This document shows, piece by piece, positions 24,101-36,261 of a DNA stretch of 64,000 bases. The stretch covers positions 152,954,001-153,018,000 of the forward strand of contig NC_082710.1 in assembly GCF_030144855.1 (NCBI RefSeq), read 5' to 3'. Numbering within the stretch: position 1 is the first letter of the stretch; each line of letters opens with the position of its first letter. A program made the translations under genes and the position numbers. Origin of the DNA: Hypanus sabinus. Its lineage: Eukaryota. The notes under the pieces were generated by a model, which saw only the letters and a list, made by a program, of their open reading frames with translations, had not been told where the DNA came from and ran no database searches.

Positions 24101-27100
24101 TCATTGGGTCTCTCTTCCCGCCATCACAGATGTTTACACTACACGCTGCATCTGCAAAGGAAACAGCATTATGAAGGACCCCATGCACCCCTCATACAAT
24201 CTCTTCTCCCTCCTGCTGTCTGGGAAAAGGCTCCGAAGCATTTGGGCTCTTACAACCAGACTATATAACAGTTTCTTCCCCCAAGCTATCAGAGTCCTCA
24301 ATACCCGCAGCCTTGACTGACACCTTGCCCTACTGTCCTGTTTATTATTTATTGTAATGTCTGCACTGTTTTTGTGCACTTTATGCAGTCCACTGTAGGT
24401 TTGTAGTATAGCTTTCTCTGTTATTTTTATTACCTAGTTCAGTCTAGTTTTTTGTACTGTCATGTAAACCATGGTCCTGAAAAACGTTGTCTCATTTTTA
24501 CTATGCACTGTACCAGCAGTTATGGTTGAAATGACAATAAAAGTTGACTTGACTTGACTTGAAGAAGGAAAAGATGGAATATAAAAGTAAGCAAGATAAT
24601 AATAAAGAGGATACAATAAGTTTCTATGGATAAAGTGTAAAAGTGAGGTGAGGTTGGATTTTGGACAACTGTAAAGTGATGCAGGAGAAGTAGTAACTGG
24701 GGACAATGAAATAGTGGATGAAATGAGGAAGACACTAGCAGTATGCTGGAAGCTTGGCAGTGTCAGGGGAGCAGGTATGTGTAAAGTTGCAATTACTAGA
24801 CAGATGTTTCTTGGGAAAATGAAAGGTCTTAATGTGACCTGGACAGATGGTGCAGATGCCAGGGTTCTGCAACAGGTGGCTGAAAAGATTATTGAGGCAT
24901 TAGTAATGATCTTTCAAGAATCTTTAGATTCTGGAATTGTTGCAAAAGATTGGAAAATTGCAAATATCACTCTACTCTTCAAGCAGGGAGAGACACACAG
25001 AAGAAAGGAAATTATAAGCCAGTTAGTCTGACCTCAGTTGTTGGGAAGATTTTGGAGCTGATTGTTCAAGATGGGGTTTTGGGGTACTTGGAGGCACATG
25101 ATAAAATAGGTCGTAGTGGACATAGTCTCCTCAAGGGAAGATCTGTTGGAATTATTTGAAAAAATAACAAGCTGGATAGACAAAGGAGGAGCAGTGAATG
25201 TTGTGTATTTGGATTTTCAGAAGGCCTTTGACAAGGTGTGACAGAGGTAGAACAAGGAAAGAGGTTCTATTGAGGGAATTTGAGGACTAAATTAAAAAAG
25301 CAGAACAAATAAGGTGGGAATCTCTGGATTACTACTGAGCCACGAGCAAATTGGCATAGGGTTTAGAAGATTAGAGAGTAAAGTGTGTGGCTGAAGGATT
25401 GGTGTGGGGGAAGTAGGTTTGAATTCATGAGAAATTGGCACCAGTATTGGAGAAGGAGGGAGCCATATCAATGGGACAAGCTCCACCTGAACTGTGATGG
25501 GACCTGGACCCTAGTGAATCACATAACCAGGGCTCTGCATAGGGATTTAAATTAAATAGTAAGGGGTGGGTTTAGTAGGGGGAAAGGGTTCAACAGATTA
25601 TACAAGTATATATAAAGTAAAAGAGAAAAGTATAGATAAAGACAATGAAAAATCAAAAGATAAAATAAGAATGGAGTAAAGAAAAGTCAAGTCCAAAAGA
25701 GAAAAAGATTACAAGATTTTAAAAGCACAATGAGGGTAGGGGCACGTTATCTGAATGCCCGTAGTATTCAAAATGAGGTCTGTGAACTTTTGACACAAAT
25801 CAGTACAAAGGGGTATGATTTCATGGGCATTACAGAATTGTGGTTGCAGGGTGGAGAGGATTGGGAAGTAAATATCCAAGGATATCAGGTAATACAGAAG
25901 GATAGGCAAGAAGGTAAGGGAGGTGGAGTAGCACTCTTAATTGTGGATCAGATCAGGGTGATAGTGAAAGATGCTGTAAGATCTAATGAGCAGAATTTTG
26001 AATCCAACTGGGTAGAGTTTAGGAATAGAAAATGGAAAAAAAATCACTGGTGGAAGTTGTCTATCGACCACTGAAATATAACATTACAGTGGCACAGGCA
26101 ATAAACAGACAAATATCTGTGGCATGTAAGAATGGAACAGCAGTTATCGTGGTGGTTTTTAAGTTGCGTATAGATTGGGTGAATCAAGATGATGGAGGCA
26201 GTATTAAGGATGACTTCATAGAATGCATCCATGATGGCTTTCTTGAACAGCATGTTAATAAACCTACAAGGGAACATGCTATCTTAGATCTGATCATGTG
26301 CAATGATCAGGTAAAATTAGTGATCTTGTAGATAGGGATCCTCTTGGAAAAAGTGATCACAGTATGATTGAGTTTCTCATACAAATGGTGGGTGTAATAG
26401 TTCAATCGAAAATAAGTGTTTTATGTTTAAACAATGGAGACTACAATGGAATGGGGGAGGATTTGGCTTGCGTAGACTGGGAACACAGATCATATTGTGG
26501 GAGGGTTGAGAAGCAGTGGAAGACTTTCAAAGAGATTTTTCACGGTGTTCAACAAGAGTATATTCCAGTCAAAAGTGGGAAGTAAGTAATTAAGTAAGGG
26601 TGGGGAGAGCCAGCCTTGGATAACTATGGAAATGAAAGAAGGCATCAAACTAAAAGCTTGTTTGTACAAATTTGCCAAGAGTACTGGGAAACTGGAAGAT
26701 TGGGAAAACCTTAAAAAGCAACAAAGAACGACTAAGCGAGCAATAAAGGAATGGAAGACAGATTATGAAACTAAACTAGCACAAAATACAAGAAAGGATT
26801 GTAAAAGTTGTTATAATTATATAAAGCAGAAAAGGTGGCTTAAGTGAACGTAGGTCCCTTGGAGGACAAAAAGGGGAATTAATATTGGGTAATGAGGAAA
26901 TGGCAGAGGCTTTAGATCTATGTTGTGTCGGTCTTCACAATGGAGGTGGAGGACACGTCTAACGTGCCAAAGACAGATGTTATGGATGCGCTGGGAGGTG
27001 AGAACCCTGATACAATAGGAATCACTGAAGAGGTGGTGCTGAGCGTACTTGTGGGCCCGAAGATAGATAAGTCCCAGGGTACTGAAAGAAATGGCAGAAG

Positions 27101-30100
27101 TTATAGTAGAGGCTTTGGTGATAATTTACCAAAAATGAACAATAGAGTTGGGGGTAATGTATTAGCATGGATAGAGGATTGGTTGACTAATAGAGAGAAG
27201 AGAGTTAGGAGAACTGGGTGTTACTCTGGTTGTCAATCAGTAGTGAGTGATGAGCTGCAGGAGTCTGTGCTGGGCTTGCGACTGTTCACGATATACATTA
27301 ATGATCTGGAAGAGAGGACGAGTGTAGTGTGTCTAAGTTTATGTACGGTGTGGAAGCATCCTGAAATTTGTCAATAAGGTCTAAGCAGGAACTCCTGACT
27401 CCTGAAAACTGCTGAATTGCATGTATTTTAAGGTATAAAAGACCATACTTGTGCTTACTTTAGCAGTCTTTTCATGGGCTCTCTTTGGTCATGTAATTAA
27501 ATAATTCAACTGAATACTGGGGTCTGTGTCTTTGTTTAATCAGCGATAGTAAGTTTCTGTGACACTCAGTGTAGAGGGGCTTCGTTTTAAAATGGAGATC
27601 AGGAAGTATTTCTTCAGCCAGAGAGCAGTACATCTGTGGAATTCATTGCCACAGGCAACTTGGCAGCTGCGGAGGTCACACCTTTAGGTATATTTAAAGC
27701 AGAGATTGATAGGTTCTTTAGGGTCACGACATGAAGTGATACGGGGAGAAGGCAGGACATTGGAGGTATGAGGGATAATGGACCAGCATGATGACATGGT
27801 GGAGCAGACTTGATGGGCCCGTTCTGCTTCTATATCTTACGGTTTTATCGAGTCTAGATGTATTCAGTTTAGTTCAGTGCCTTGCTACAAGTCAAATGCA
27901 AGGCACAGAATCAATGTTCGCTGAAGCGCCCAGTGCACGCTGATTCACCTCGATCAAACTGCTCATAAGCAGCAATACCTGAAACACATGAATCCTAAAG
28001 TTCCCCAAAATGAGTCACAACCACAAGCCTCACTGATCAATCCCTGCAATGTGGAACACAAGCCTCCTGCACTTTCCTCCAACCGCAGCTCGTAAAAGGG
28101 CAAGGAATACCAGCCAAACACAGCAGATGGCGCCAAACACCAGCTTGGCCTCCGCCCCCGGCCTCGTCCACTTCAACCTTGCTCAACGCCTCAGTCAGAG
28201 AGAAGCAACAGAGCCAATCATGGGCTCACAGTCCTCCTCCAGGCCTGCAAGCCGTACACTCCAATGAACTCACTGTTTCAAATTAGGAGATCCCTCAATA
28301 CACCAGGGTGGGAAACCCCTAAGCATTTTGTTTTGGGAGCTCCCCCTCTTTCCCATATCAGGGGATCCCTTTGCATCTCCAATTGGGAGCTTCCTTACTG
28401 TCCAGATCAGGAGATCCATCAAATCCTTCAGTATCTCGAATCATGACAGCCTACACCATCTCTGTCTCAGAGCCCCATAATCGTCTCAGACTGAGATATC
28501 TCTTATGTCGCTGAATTGGGAGTTCCCTCACCATCACAGAATGTTCCACTTGCCTTGCCTTTCAGATGCTTCTTTTCCAAGCTGAACAGCTCTTTGCAAG
28601 TACCGAATGCAGTAAATCTTCATTTCACGCTCTTCATTGAAAGTGAGTTGGGTCATTTGAGAATTGATCAATTCTATGAGATTTTTCTCTGCGCTGATAT
28701 CACAGCTGACCGTTCCAAAATCTGGGATGTTGACTTTTAGAATCACATTGATCGTATTTCCAGAATGTGTGCAGCCCAAGATTCCCTGTATGTAGCTGAT
28801 GTCTGTAAAGTACCAACAGATTAATTAACATTCATGGCTGAAGCTTCCAACATTAAATCTGATATCCATCTGGATACTGGCCTGCTAAATACATAAATGC
28901 TGCAAGGGGTGATTGATAAGTTTGTGGCCTAAGGTAGAAGGAGTCAATTTTAGAAAACCTAGCACATTTATTTTTCAACATAATCCCCCCCCCCCCTTCA
29001 TTAACGCACTTAGTCCAGAGGATGTGGAGCATATGGATCGTAGACCTCCAGGAAGTGTCCACGCAGGGGTGATTGATAAATTTGTGGCCTCGGGTAGAGG
29101 AAATGCGTTATACAGCTCTAGTTACATGCATATGCAGTTCAGCTCTTTGAGTGATTATGCAGAAAGTTTGAAGTTAATAACTCGTCAGGGGTGATTGATA
29201 AGTTTGTAGCCTAATGTGGAAGGAGATATTGAAAAATAAATGTGCTAGGTTTTCTAAAATTGACTGCTTCAACCTTAGGCCACAAACCTATCAATCACCC
29301 CTCGTACGTGACAAAGAGGTGCACAAAATAGTGGGTCACAGTGAGGGACTGTGTACAGTTAAGGCTGAGATCATGGGGTGACAGTGTACCATATAGGATG
29401 TTTGTCACTGTGCGGCACAGATCACAGGGTCTTGAGGAATCACTAATCAATGTGAGCAACTGTCTACATGGCAGGGTGGGAGGGGAAAGTTTAAAGAGAT
29501 TAATTTGTTATCAAAGAATGGCAACGTTTTTAAATGTACAGTGAAAAGCATTCGGATTGGTTACATCACAGCTGGTAGGTAAACGCTAAAGCCCTGAAAG
29601 ACAAAAGGCTGAGGGGGTGGTGGACTCAGTCAGTCCCATCACAGGTACAGCACTCCGCATCGTTCAGGACATCTGCTGAAGGCAATGTCCCAGGAAGACA
29701 ATGTCCATCATCTGGAACCGCACCCTTCATATCATCCAGGACAGACCCTCTTCTTGATGCTCCCACCAGGAAGGAGAGACAGGCCGAAGGACCCACACCT
29801 CAGGCTCCGACAAGAGCTCCATGTCCAACAGCACCAGGTTCTTTAACCAACCAGAAAAGCCTTAACGTGACCCGAGATTATATTCTTTCCTCTCTTAACC
29901 TTGGACAAATATTGTTACATTAATTTTGTTGTATATCTTTGCAAATGTGCAGGTTGTGTATATTTATTTAAAATTGACTCCATGCTAACACGTCCTGTAA
30001 TAAAGACTTCTGCTGCTGCAAAACAGTAATTTTATGGCATTTGTACCCTGTGTATGTAAGCCTATGATCAGAAATAAACTTGAGCTCGTATTTATGCAGA

Positions 30101-33100
30101 GTGCACAGTACAGAGATCACATTGAAACAGTGTGCATACAAAGCAGGGGGCATATCGAAGGACTCTGTCAATATGTGGGACAGAGCAGGAGCTCGGTGAG
30201 AATCTGCACTGTGCAGTCTGTGTTGAACCATGTCCACTGCAGAGTTACGGTGGAGAATTGTGAAAGCAACGTGTTTGTATTCAGTGTCAATAAGCACAGA
30301 GTGTGCACCACAGCAGGTCTGGTCGCTCTGTGATGGTGAGGATTTCGAGAAGGTGCAGAAGATGCTTACCAGATGCTGCCTGCATTGGACAGCATGTGCT
30401 ATAACAAGAGATTGGACCAGCTTGGGCTGCTTTCAGTCGACATCTGTATCATTTTTCCCTCAGCTGAAATGTCTAATACAAGAGGGTATGTTCAATAGAG
30501 ATGTGCAGGGTCAGTCTTTTACAGAGTGGCCCATTCCTAAATTGTGCTAAATTGTGGTGGAAGTAGCAGATACAAAGAGGGTGTTCAAGAAGCTCAGTTG
30601 AGCAGGAAATAGGAGTACATGGACATTGTGTATGCAGAAAGGATTAGCTTAGTTTGGCATTTGATTATTAATATAATTAGTTCAGCAGAACTTTGTGGGC
30701 CAAAGGGCCTATTCCTGTGCTGTTGTGTTCTATGTTCTAATGCACGGAGTCCCAGCACCGAATCAGATCTGGAAAGCGTCACTGTGGCAGGTGACTAGGT
30801 AAGCCATGGACATCTTAGTTCCAAACCATTCGAGACTGAAGCATTCCCAAGTCTGCTGTTGGGGTCAAGTTTAGGATTGGGGTCAGAGCCAGGGCAAATC
30901 CTGTGTGGACAGTGGGTTTGATGTTCACTATTTCTCTGAATAGGTCAGTGGGGAATGAGGACTGGATAATCAGTTTACATTTAAGGGTCAGAACTTACCC
31001 AGATGATTAGGATGGAATTCTTCTAATTGGAGTTAAGGAAGGTAGAGAGCAGAATGGAGATTTGAGAGATTTGAAAAGGTGAAGGACTTTAAACTTGACA
31101 CAACAAAATCGGATCCAAGAGAAGGTCAAGATATTGACAATATGCAAGTCACTATGATACTCAAGGGGCGGTGGAGATCAAAGACACTCACTAATGTGTG
31201 GGGTGATTGGCATCAGACATGCGGAGAGGAGCCCATGAAGCCTGTCAGTTATTTCTTTCTGTTCTTTCTGGTAGTCAGTCGATAAGCCATCTGCAATCCA
31301 CTGATGCTTGATTTCTACTTCACGGAGGGTGCTGTCATAGTAGTCAATCTGCAAGTCATCCAACATCCCAATCCTGAAGAAGGCTGGCAGTTCAGTAATG
31401 TTGATGGATTGGAAGTAGAAATACATCAAGCCGTGTGAGCCTGAGTAAAATGAGAGAGAGAGAGAAAGAGAGGGAAGTGTTAGGAAACAACAAAGGATGC
31501 TCACAATTTCTAAGGCATAACTCGGGAGTTTGATAACATACTCACCACTTGAATGGATTAATACACATCCAAGCAGACATCCGACCGGATCAGGCAGCAC
31601 ACCCACCCCCCCCCCCCCCACTTTATTAGCTCCCCAAACATGAGCAACTAAAACATGCCTCACTGCTCTGGCTGTTTTCAAACTCCTAAGCAGGTACTCA
31701 CCGAAGCCAATCCAACAGAATAACCCATATCCCAGCACAAAGGAGGTCAAGGGCAGCAGGCAAACAGGAACCCCAACTCCCACTATAGGGTTGCTTCTAA
31801 TTCAGAGGCAAACATACTGGAATATGTGTCCGCCATGATAGAGAGGAAGCCAAGGTTCGAGGAGAAGCAAAAGAAATTTCTGGGGCACCAGTGTAGAAAT
31901 TCTCATCATCACAGCAAAGGTGACAGAGAAAGAGGACAGAAAATTCGTTGTGGAGACCCACAAGAGGCAGAGTGGGAGGATTAAAAGTAAAGATAGTTGT
32001 GTGACTCTGTAGGTTGAAACAGACATTTGTGAGCACAGTGAGGGTAGGAAACCCTTAGCTATGCCCTGTATGAAGAGGAGAACAGGCTAGGAATTGGGAG
32101 CAAGGAAAACGACAATTTCCAGTTCTGTGTGAGTGCAGGGAGCAGCACCAATACAGTGATCAATGTAAAAGGAAAGGAGCTGAGTGAGGGAGCCCAAATG
32201 GGATTGAAACTTAGCACTCATTTCAAGAGGACTAGAATATAAAAGCAAAGGTGTAATGTTCGACTTCATAAAGCACTGGTGAGGCCTCACTTGGAGTATT
32301 GTGAGCAGTTTTGGGCCCCTTATCTTAGAAAGATGTGCTGAAACTGGAGAGGGTTCAAAGAAGGTTCATTAAAATGATTCTAGGATTGAAAGGTTTGTCA
32401 CCTAAAGAGCATTTGATGGTTCTAGGCCTGTATTCACTAGAATTCAGAAGAATGAGGTGGGACCTAATTGAAACCTGTCAAATGGTGAAAGCCTTTTATA
32501 GAGTGAATGTAGAGAGGATGTTTTCTATGGTGGGAGAGTCTAAGACCAGAGGACACAGTCTCTGAATAGAGGGTTGTCCTTTTAGAGCAGAGATAAGGGG
32601 AAACTTTTTTTAGCCATAGAGTGGTGAATCTGTGGGATCCTTTGTCACAGGCAACTTAGCAGCAGTGGAGGCCAAGCCATTATGTATATTTAAGGCAGAG
32701 TTGATAGATTCTTGATTGGTCAGGACATGAAGGGATACAGGGAGAAGGCAACATATTGGAGCCAAGAGTAAAATTGGATGTAATGGACATGATGAAATAG
32801 CAGAGCAGACTTGATGGACCACATGGACCATTCTGCTCCTATATCTTATGGTCTTATGGTACAAGACTTTCACAGGTATCCAAGTGCAGAAGAGATTTTC
32901 CAGAATGCTTCCTGGATTGGAGGACATACGAATTGAATTGAATTAAATTGAATTGACTTTATTACTTACATCCTTCATATACAAGAGGAGTAAAAATCTT
33001 TATGTCTCCATTCAAATGTGCAATGTACAATTATAGAAATTTATAATAAATATTATGTAGAACAGCATAGTCAATATAACATAGAACTTCAGTGTCTCTG

Positions 33101-36100
33101 CATGAACTAAGCAGTTTGATGGTCTGGTGAAGAAGCTGTCCCAGAGCCTGTTTGTCCTGGCTCTCATGCTGCGGTATCATTTCCCAGATGATAGCAGCTG
33201 GAACAGTTTGTGGTTCAGGTGAGTCGGGTCTCCAAGGATCTTTTGGACCCATTTTACACACCTGTCCTTCTAAATATCCTGAATAGTGGGAAGATCACAT
33301 CTACAGATGTGCTGGGCTGTCTGCACCACTCTCTGCAGAGTCCTGTGATTAAAGGATGTACAGTTCCCATACCAGGCAGTGATGCAGCCAGTCAGGATGC
33401 TCTCAATCGTGCCCCTATGGAAAGTCTCAGCCCATTGAGACTTTTCTACATTCCATCATGGCTGAATCCAAAACCCACTCAACCCCATACGCCTGTATTT
33501 TTGTCATATCTGACCATCAGGAAATGATTAACTTCCGCTTTAAATATATGCACAGACTTGAGAGTCTGTGGCAGAGCATTCCACAGATTTAAAGCTCTCT
33601 GGCTATATACATAAAAATATTCCTCCTTACCTCTGTTCTAAATGGCTACCCCTCAAATCTGATGCTGTGCCATCTAGTTCTGGATACTCTCACCGCAGGA
33701 AACATTCTCTCCACATCCACCCCAACAAGTCCTTTCAACATTCAGTAGGTTCTAATCAGATCACCCCACATTTTTCTAAACTCCAGTGAGTACCTGGGCA
33801 AGCTCCTCTCTCATGCCTCTGTAATTCCATTTATTCCATTGCGATACTGATACATGTGAGTTATGCTTCTCTCTCTTAAACTGCAGTATGAATTCAATCA
33901 TATTTTGATCACTGACTCCTAAGGAATGCTTTATGTTTAGCTCCCTAATAAGATCTGTGTTTTTGCAGCGTACCTGTAGATGTGAACTTCCCACTATTGA
34001 GGACGTTTACAAAGACGGGTGTGTAAAAAGGGCCCAAAGGGTCCTTAGGAAACTGAGGTACACCAACCACAAAATGTTCCATCTGCTACCATCTGGAAAA
34101 TTATACCACAACATAAAAGCCAGCCCCAAGGGGGACAGCTCCTTCCACTAGGCCATCAGACTGCTTAATTCATGCCTACACAACTGAATTTCTATGTTAT
34201 ATTGACTATCTTGTTGTACATTCTATTTATTATAAATTACTATGAATTACACATTGTACATTTAGTTGGAGATGTAATGTTACCATTATGAAGGATGTAA
34301 TTAATAAAGTCAATTCAATTCAATTCAATTCAATACACATCACCCAATCTATGATAGCCTTTCCCTGAGTAGGCTCAAGCACAAGTATTCTCTGACCCTA
34401 TGTCACCCTTTTCTAAAGATGTAATTCCAACTCTTACCAACAGAGTCACACCACTGCCTATGCCTTTTTGCCTGTCCTTTCAATACAAAGTATATCCCTT
34501 GACGTTAAGCTCCCAACTTCGGCCTTTTCTCAGCCACAGCTTCGTGATCCCCACAATGTCATTGAGACCAATCTTTAATTGCGGCACGGGTTCATCCACC
34601 TTATTCCAAATACAGCACCTTCAGTGCTGCGTTCTTCACCCTTTTGAATTTTGCCTCTGTAGTACAATTTAACTCTTTGCTATGTCTGTATTTGTACCCA
34701 ATCATTGTCTTGTCCTTTTTACATTCATGTTACACCAATCATCTTCTTGCAAACCTGCTGGCTCATCCTCAGCTCTATCGTCCTGGTTTCCATCCCCCTG
34801 CCATATTCATTTCAACCACTCCCAACAGCTCTAGTAAATTTGGCCACAAGAATATTGGTCCCTCTTGGATTGAAATGCAACGTGCCCTTTTTCAACTGTT
34901 GCAAGTTTCCATCTTGGCCCTTAAACATTAGTTCTGTTTCTCTGTACTTGCATGCTATCGGAACTGCGGAGCTTTCCATCTTGAACTTGAAACATTAACA
35001 GTTCCTCTTTCCCCCAGATACTGGCCTGTTGACTATTGTCAGAACTTTTTCTTTCTATTTTCAAAGTGCATCAAGAGTTGGCTCTAAGTTTTTGGTGATT
35101 GCTGTGGTCATAGACTGAGAGAACATCGATGCATGTTATGTACAACGACTTCTGGGAGGTTTGATAAAAGGCCCCTCTCAAGTGAATGGCCAGGTTAACA
35201 CCGCTCATGGCGAATGATGCAGCAGGAAGTGGAGGCAATTGGCACTGGACATGAGTGCCGAGTTCATCAAAGCTCTGGTGTTGGGGCGGTTGGTCAGTAT
35301 GTTTACACATGGCAGATTATGGGAGATTTCTGTGCCTGCACTGGCTGCTTACAGAAAATACATTTGAAAAGGAAGCAGAAGAAATAGGAGCAATATATCA
35401 CGAAGAACAATATTGCTCAGTTTCTGTTACCTTAGGTAGCAGGGAATTTAGGATGTTCAGGGAGATTTTAGGTCACGTTCAGTCAAATTTATTCCCATAT
35501 GCATAAGAATGGCTAGATATAGATAAAATGAAAATCTTGCTTGCAACAGCATTACAAGCAGGCATATTCAGGGAACACACAGAATGTCAATATGCAAAGT
35601 TTTTGCAAGTCAATGAACAAAAATATCTGCAGATTGAGACATCAGAGCAAATAAAACAAAATAAAACAAAGCATCTGTTGAGAGACAAACAATAAGTGTT
35701 TCAGATTGGGGAGCCTGAGTCAGAACTTGGAACGAGAGAAATCAAGTTAGTTTTTGTTAGCAGAGAAGTCATTCACACATACGGCACAGAAAGAGGACAC
35801 TCGGACTGCTATATGTGTGCAGATCCTTGAGGAATGGGTAGAACAGGAGTATTTCTCTGGTATTGTGAAATAGACTGATATAACGTGGAAGTTAAGGGAT
35901 AGTTAAACTCATATTAAGTACTTTAATGTGATGCCTCTATTAAGATTGTGGGTCTTTCCACTTTGGGAACTGGCGACAATTCCTACCCAGTGGTGAAACA
36001 TATTCAAGGATCATTTTGCCCCGAGTTTATCGACTCCAGAAATGTCGCAAGAGTGAAATAGAACACAGGAGTGCGATGAGTTCGTCTTCCCGTCTAATGC

Positions 36101-36261
36101 AGCCACAGCCAGGAACTCTGAAAGATTTAAAGGTGAGTTTCCCGACACAACCCCCGACCATCGCCGTCACATACCCTCGCCTCACCTGTCTGGCTTCCCG
36201 CGACAGAGCAGAGAGAGAACGCGGTGACAAGGAGCGACACCGGTCCGGTCCAACTCTCCAT
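18125..36261 (-). CDS. Spliced nonclassical MHC class I-like heavy-chain gene (leader/alpha1/alpha2/alpha3/TM/cyt); 300 aa to an in-frame TAG in the TM exon, 323 aa if that codon were sense
   Basis: Six exons with AG acceptors and GT/GC donors; junction phases 1,1,1,1,0 join in frame; domain order and motifs match class I heavy chains; lineage cannot be assigned without a search. Confidence 0.9.
18201..18417 (+). mobile_element. Solo LTR (217 bp) with 5-bp TSD AATAC, inside intron 5 and antisense to the class I-like gene
   Basis: TGTGGTG...CATCA termini; AATAC at 18196-18200 and 18418-18422; internal TATAAA and AATAAA. Confidence 0.9.
18461..18549 (-). CDS. Exon: transmembrane segment [29 protein letters not shown], with in-frame TAG at 18499-18497
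   Basis: tgcAG acceptor and GAG|GTGGGT donor; the phase-1 frame gives a hydrophobic run followed by basic residues. Confidence 0.7.
18950..20250 (+). mobile_element. CR1 ORF2/3' fragments
   Basis: Repeated CR1 RT C-terminal phrases (tataaaacattggtgaggctacattctgagtattg...). Confidence 0.65.
20846..21121 (-). CDS. Exon: MHC class I alpha3 Ig C1-set domain (92 aa)
   Basis: 276 nt, phase 1-1; [25 protein letters not shown] motifs; acceptor ttcttcaacAG, donor GAG|GTAGGT. Confidence 0.95.
21790..22710 (+). mobile_element. CR1 ORF1 remnant (zinc finger plus SGNH esterase)
   Basis: [10 protein letters not shown]...RMVCCLP...[10 protein letters not shown] (22193..22474). Confidence 0.8.
22720..24561 (+). 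mobile_element. Rex1/Babar-type LINE, 5'-truncated, RT frame nearly intact
   Basis: RT ORF 23023..23712 ([16 protein letters not shown]) continues in the same frame past one TAG to 24174; tail aataaaag(TTGAC)n. Confidence 0.9.
24560..27850 (+). mobile_element. CR1 ORF2 fragments (APE endonuclease and RT) and 3' end
   Basis: YLNARSIQN...ITELWL (25730..26074), [18 protein letters not shown]. Confidence 0.8.
27345..27564 (+). mobile_element. LTR-like fragment interrupting CR1
   Basis: TATAAAA box, ATTAAA-like signal, ends ...TGTGACA; no TSD recognised. Confidence 0.35.
28554..28802 (-). CDS. Exon: MHC class I alpha2 domain (83 aa, shortened)
   Basis: Acceptor gtactttacAG; YIQGILGC...[15 protein letters not shown] with the two canonical Cys 54 residues apart; donor AAG|GCAAGT (GC-AG), phase 1. 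Confidence 0.88.
28901..29306. mobile_element. Tc1/mariner-type MITE with about 75-bp TIRs and two extra internal TIR-start copies
   Basis: aggggtgattgataagtttgtggcctaagg...ttttcaa mirrored at about 29229-29306 ending cccctcgTA; partial copies at about 29061 and 29186. Confidence 0.85.
29450..30030 (+). mobile_element. Rex1/Babar or L2-type LINE 3' fragment
   Basis: catccaggacagaccctcttcttgatgctcccaccaggaagg..., tail gtaataaagacttctg. Confidence 0.5.
30330..30740 (+). mobile_element. CR1 3' end
   Basis: Ends gggcctattcctgtgctgttgtgttctatgttcta. Confidence 0.7.
31192..31440 (-). CDS. Exon: MHC class I alpha1 domain (83 aa)
   Basis: Acceptor ctctcattttactcAG; [10 protein letters not shown]...[14 protein letters not shown]...QWI...DY motifs; donor TTA|GTGAGT, phase 1; lies in ORF 31178..31783. 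Confidence 0.92.
32050..32860 (+). mobile_element. CR1 3' portion
   Basis: KLERVQRRF...[11 protein letters not shown] (32335..32565); ends ctcctatatcttatggtcttatgg. Confidence 0.8.
32920..35000. mobile_element. Nested Rex1/Babar (32920-33420 minus; 33960-34335 plus) and CR1 (minus) fragments
   Basis: (AATTG)n and (CAATT)n tails; CR1 endonuclease-region phrases on the minus strand. Confidence 0.6.

Noticed and set aside
31441-31783. N-terminal 114 aa of ORF 31178..31783 as coding, including a hydrophobic stretch
   Set aside because: Intron sequence upstream of the alpha1 acceptor; a proper leader exon exists at 36186-36261.
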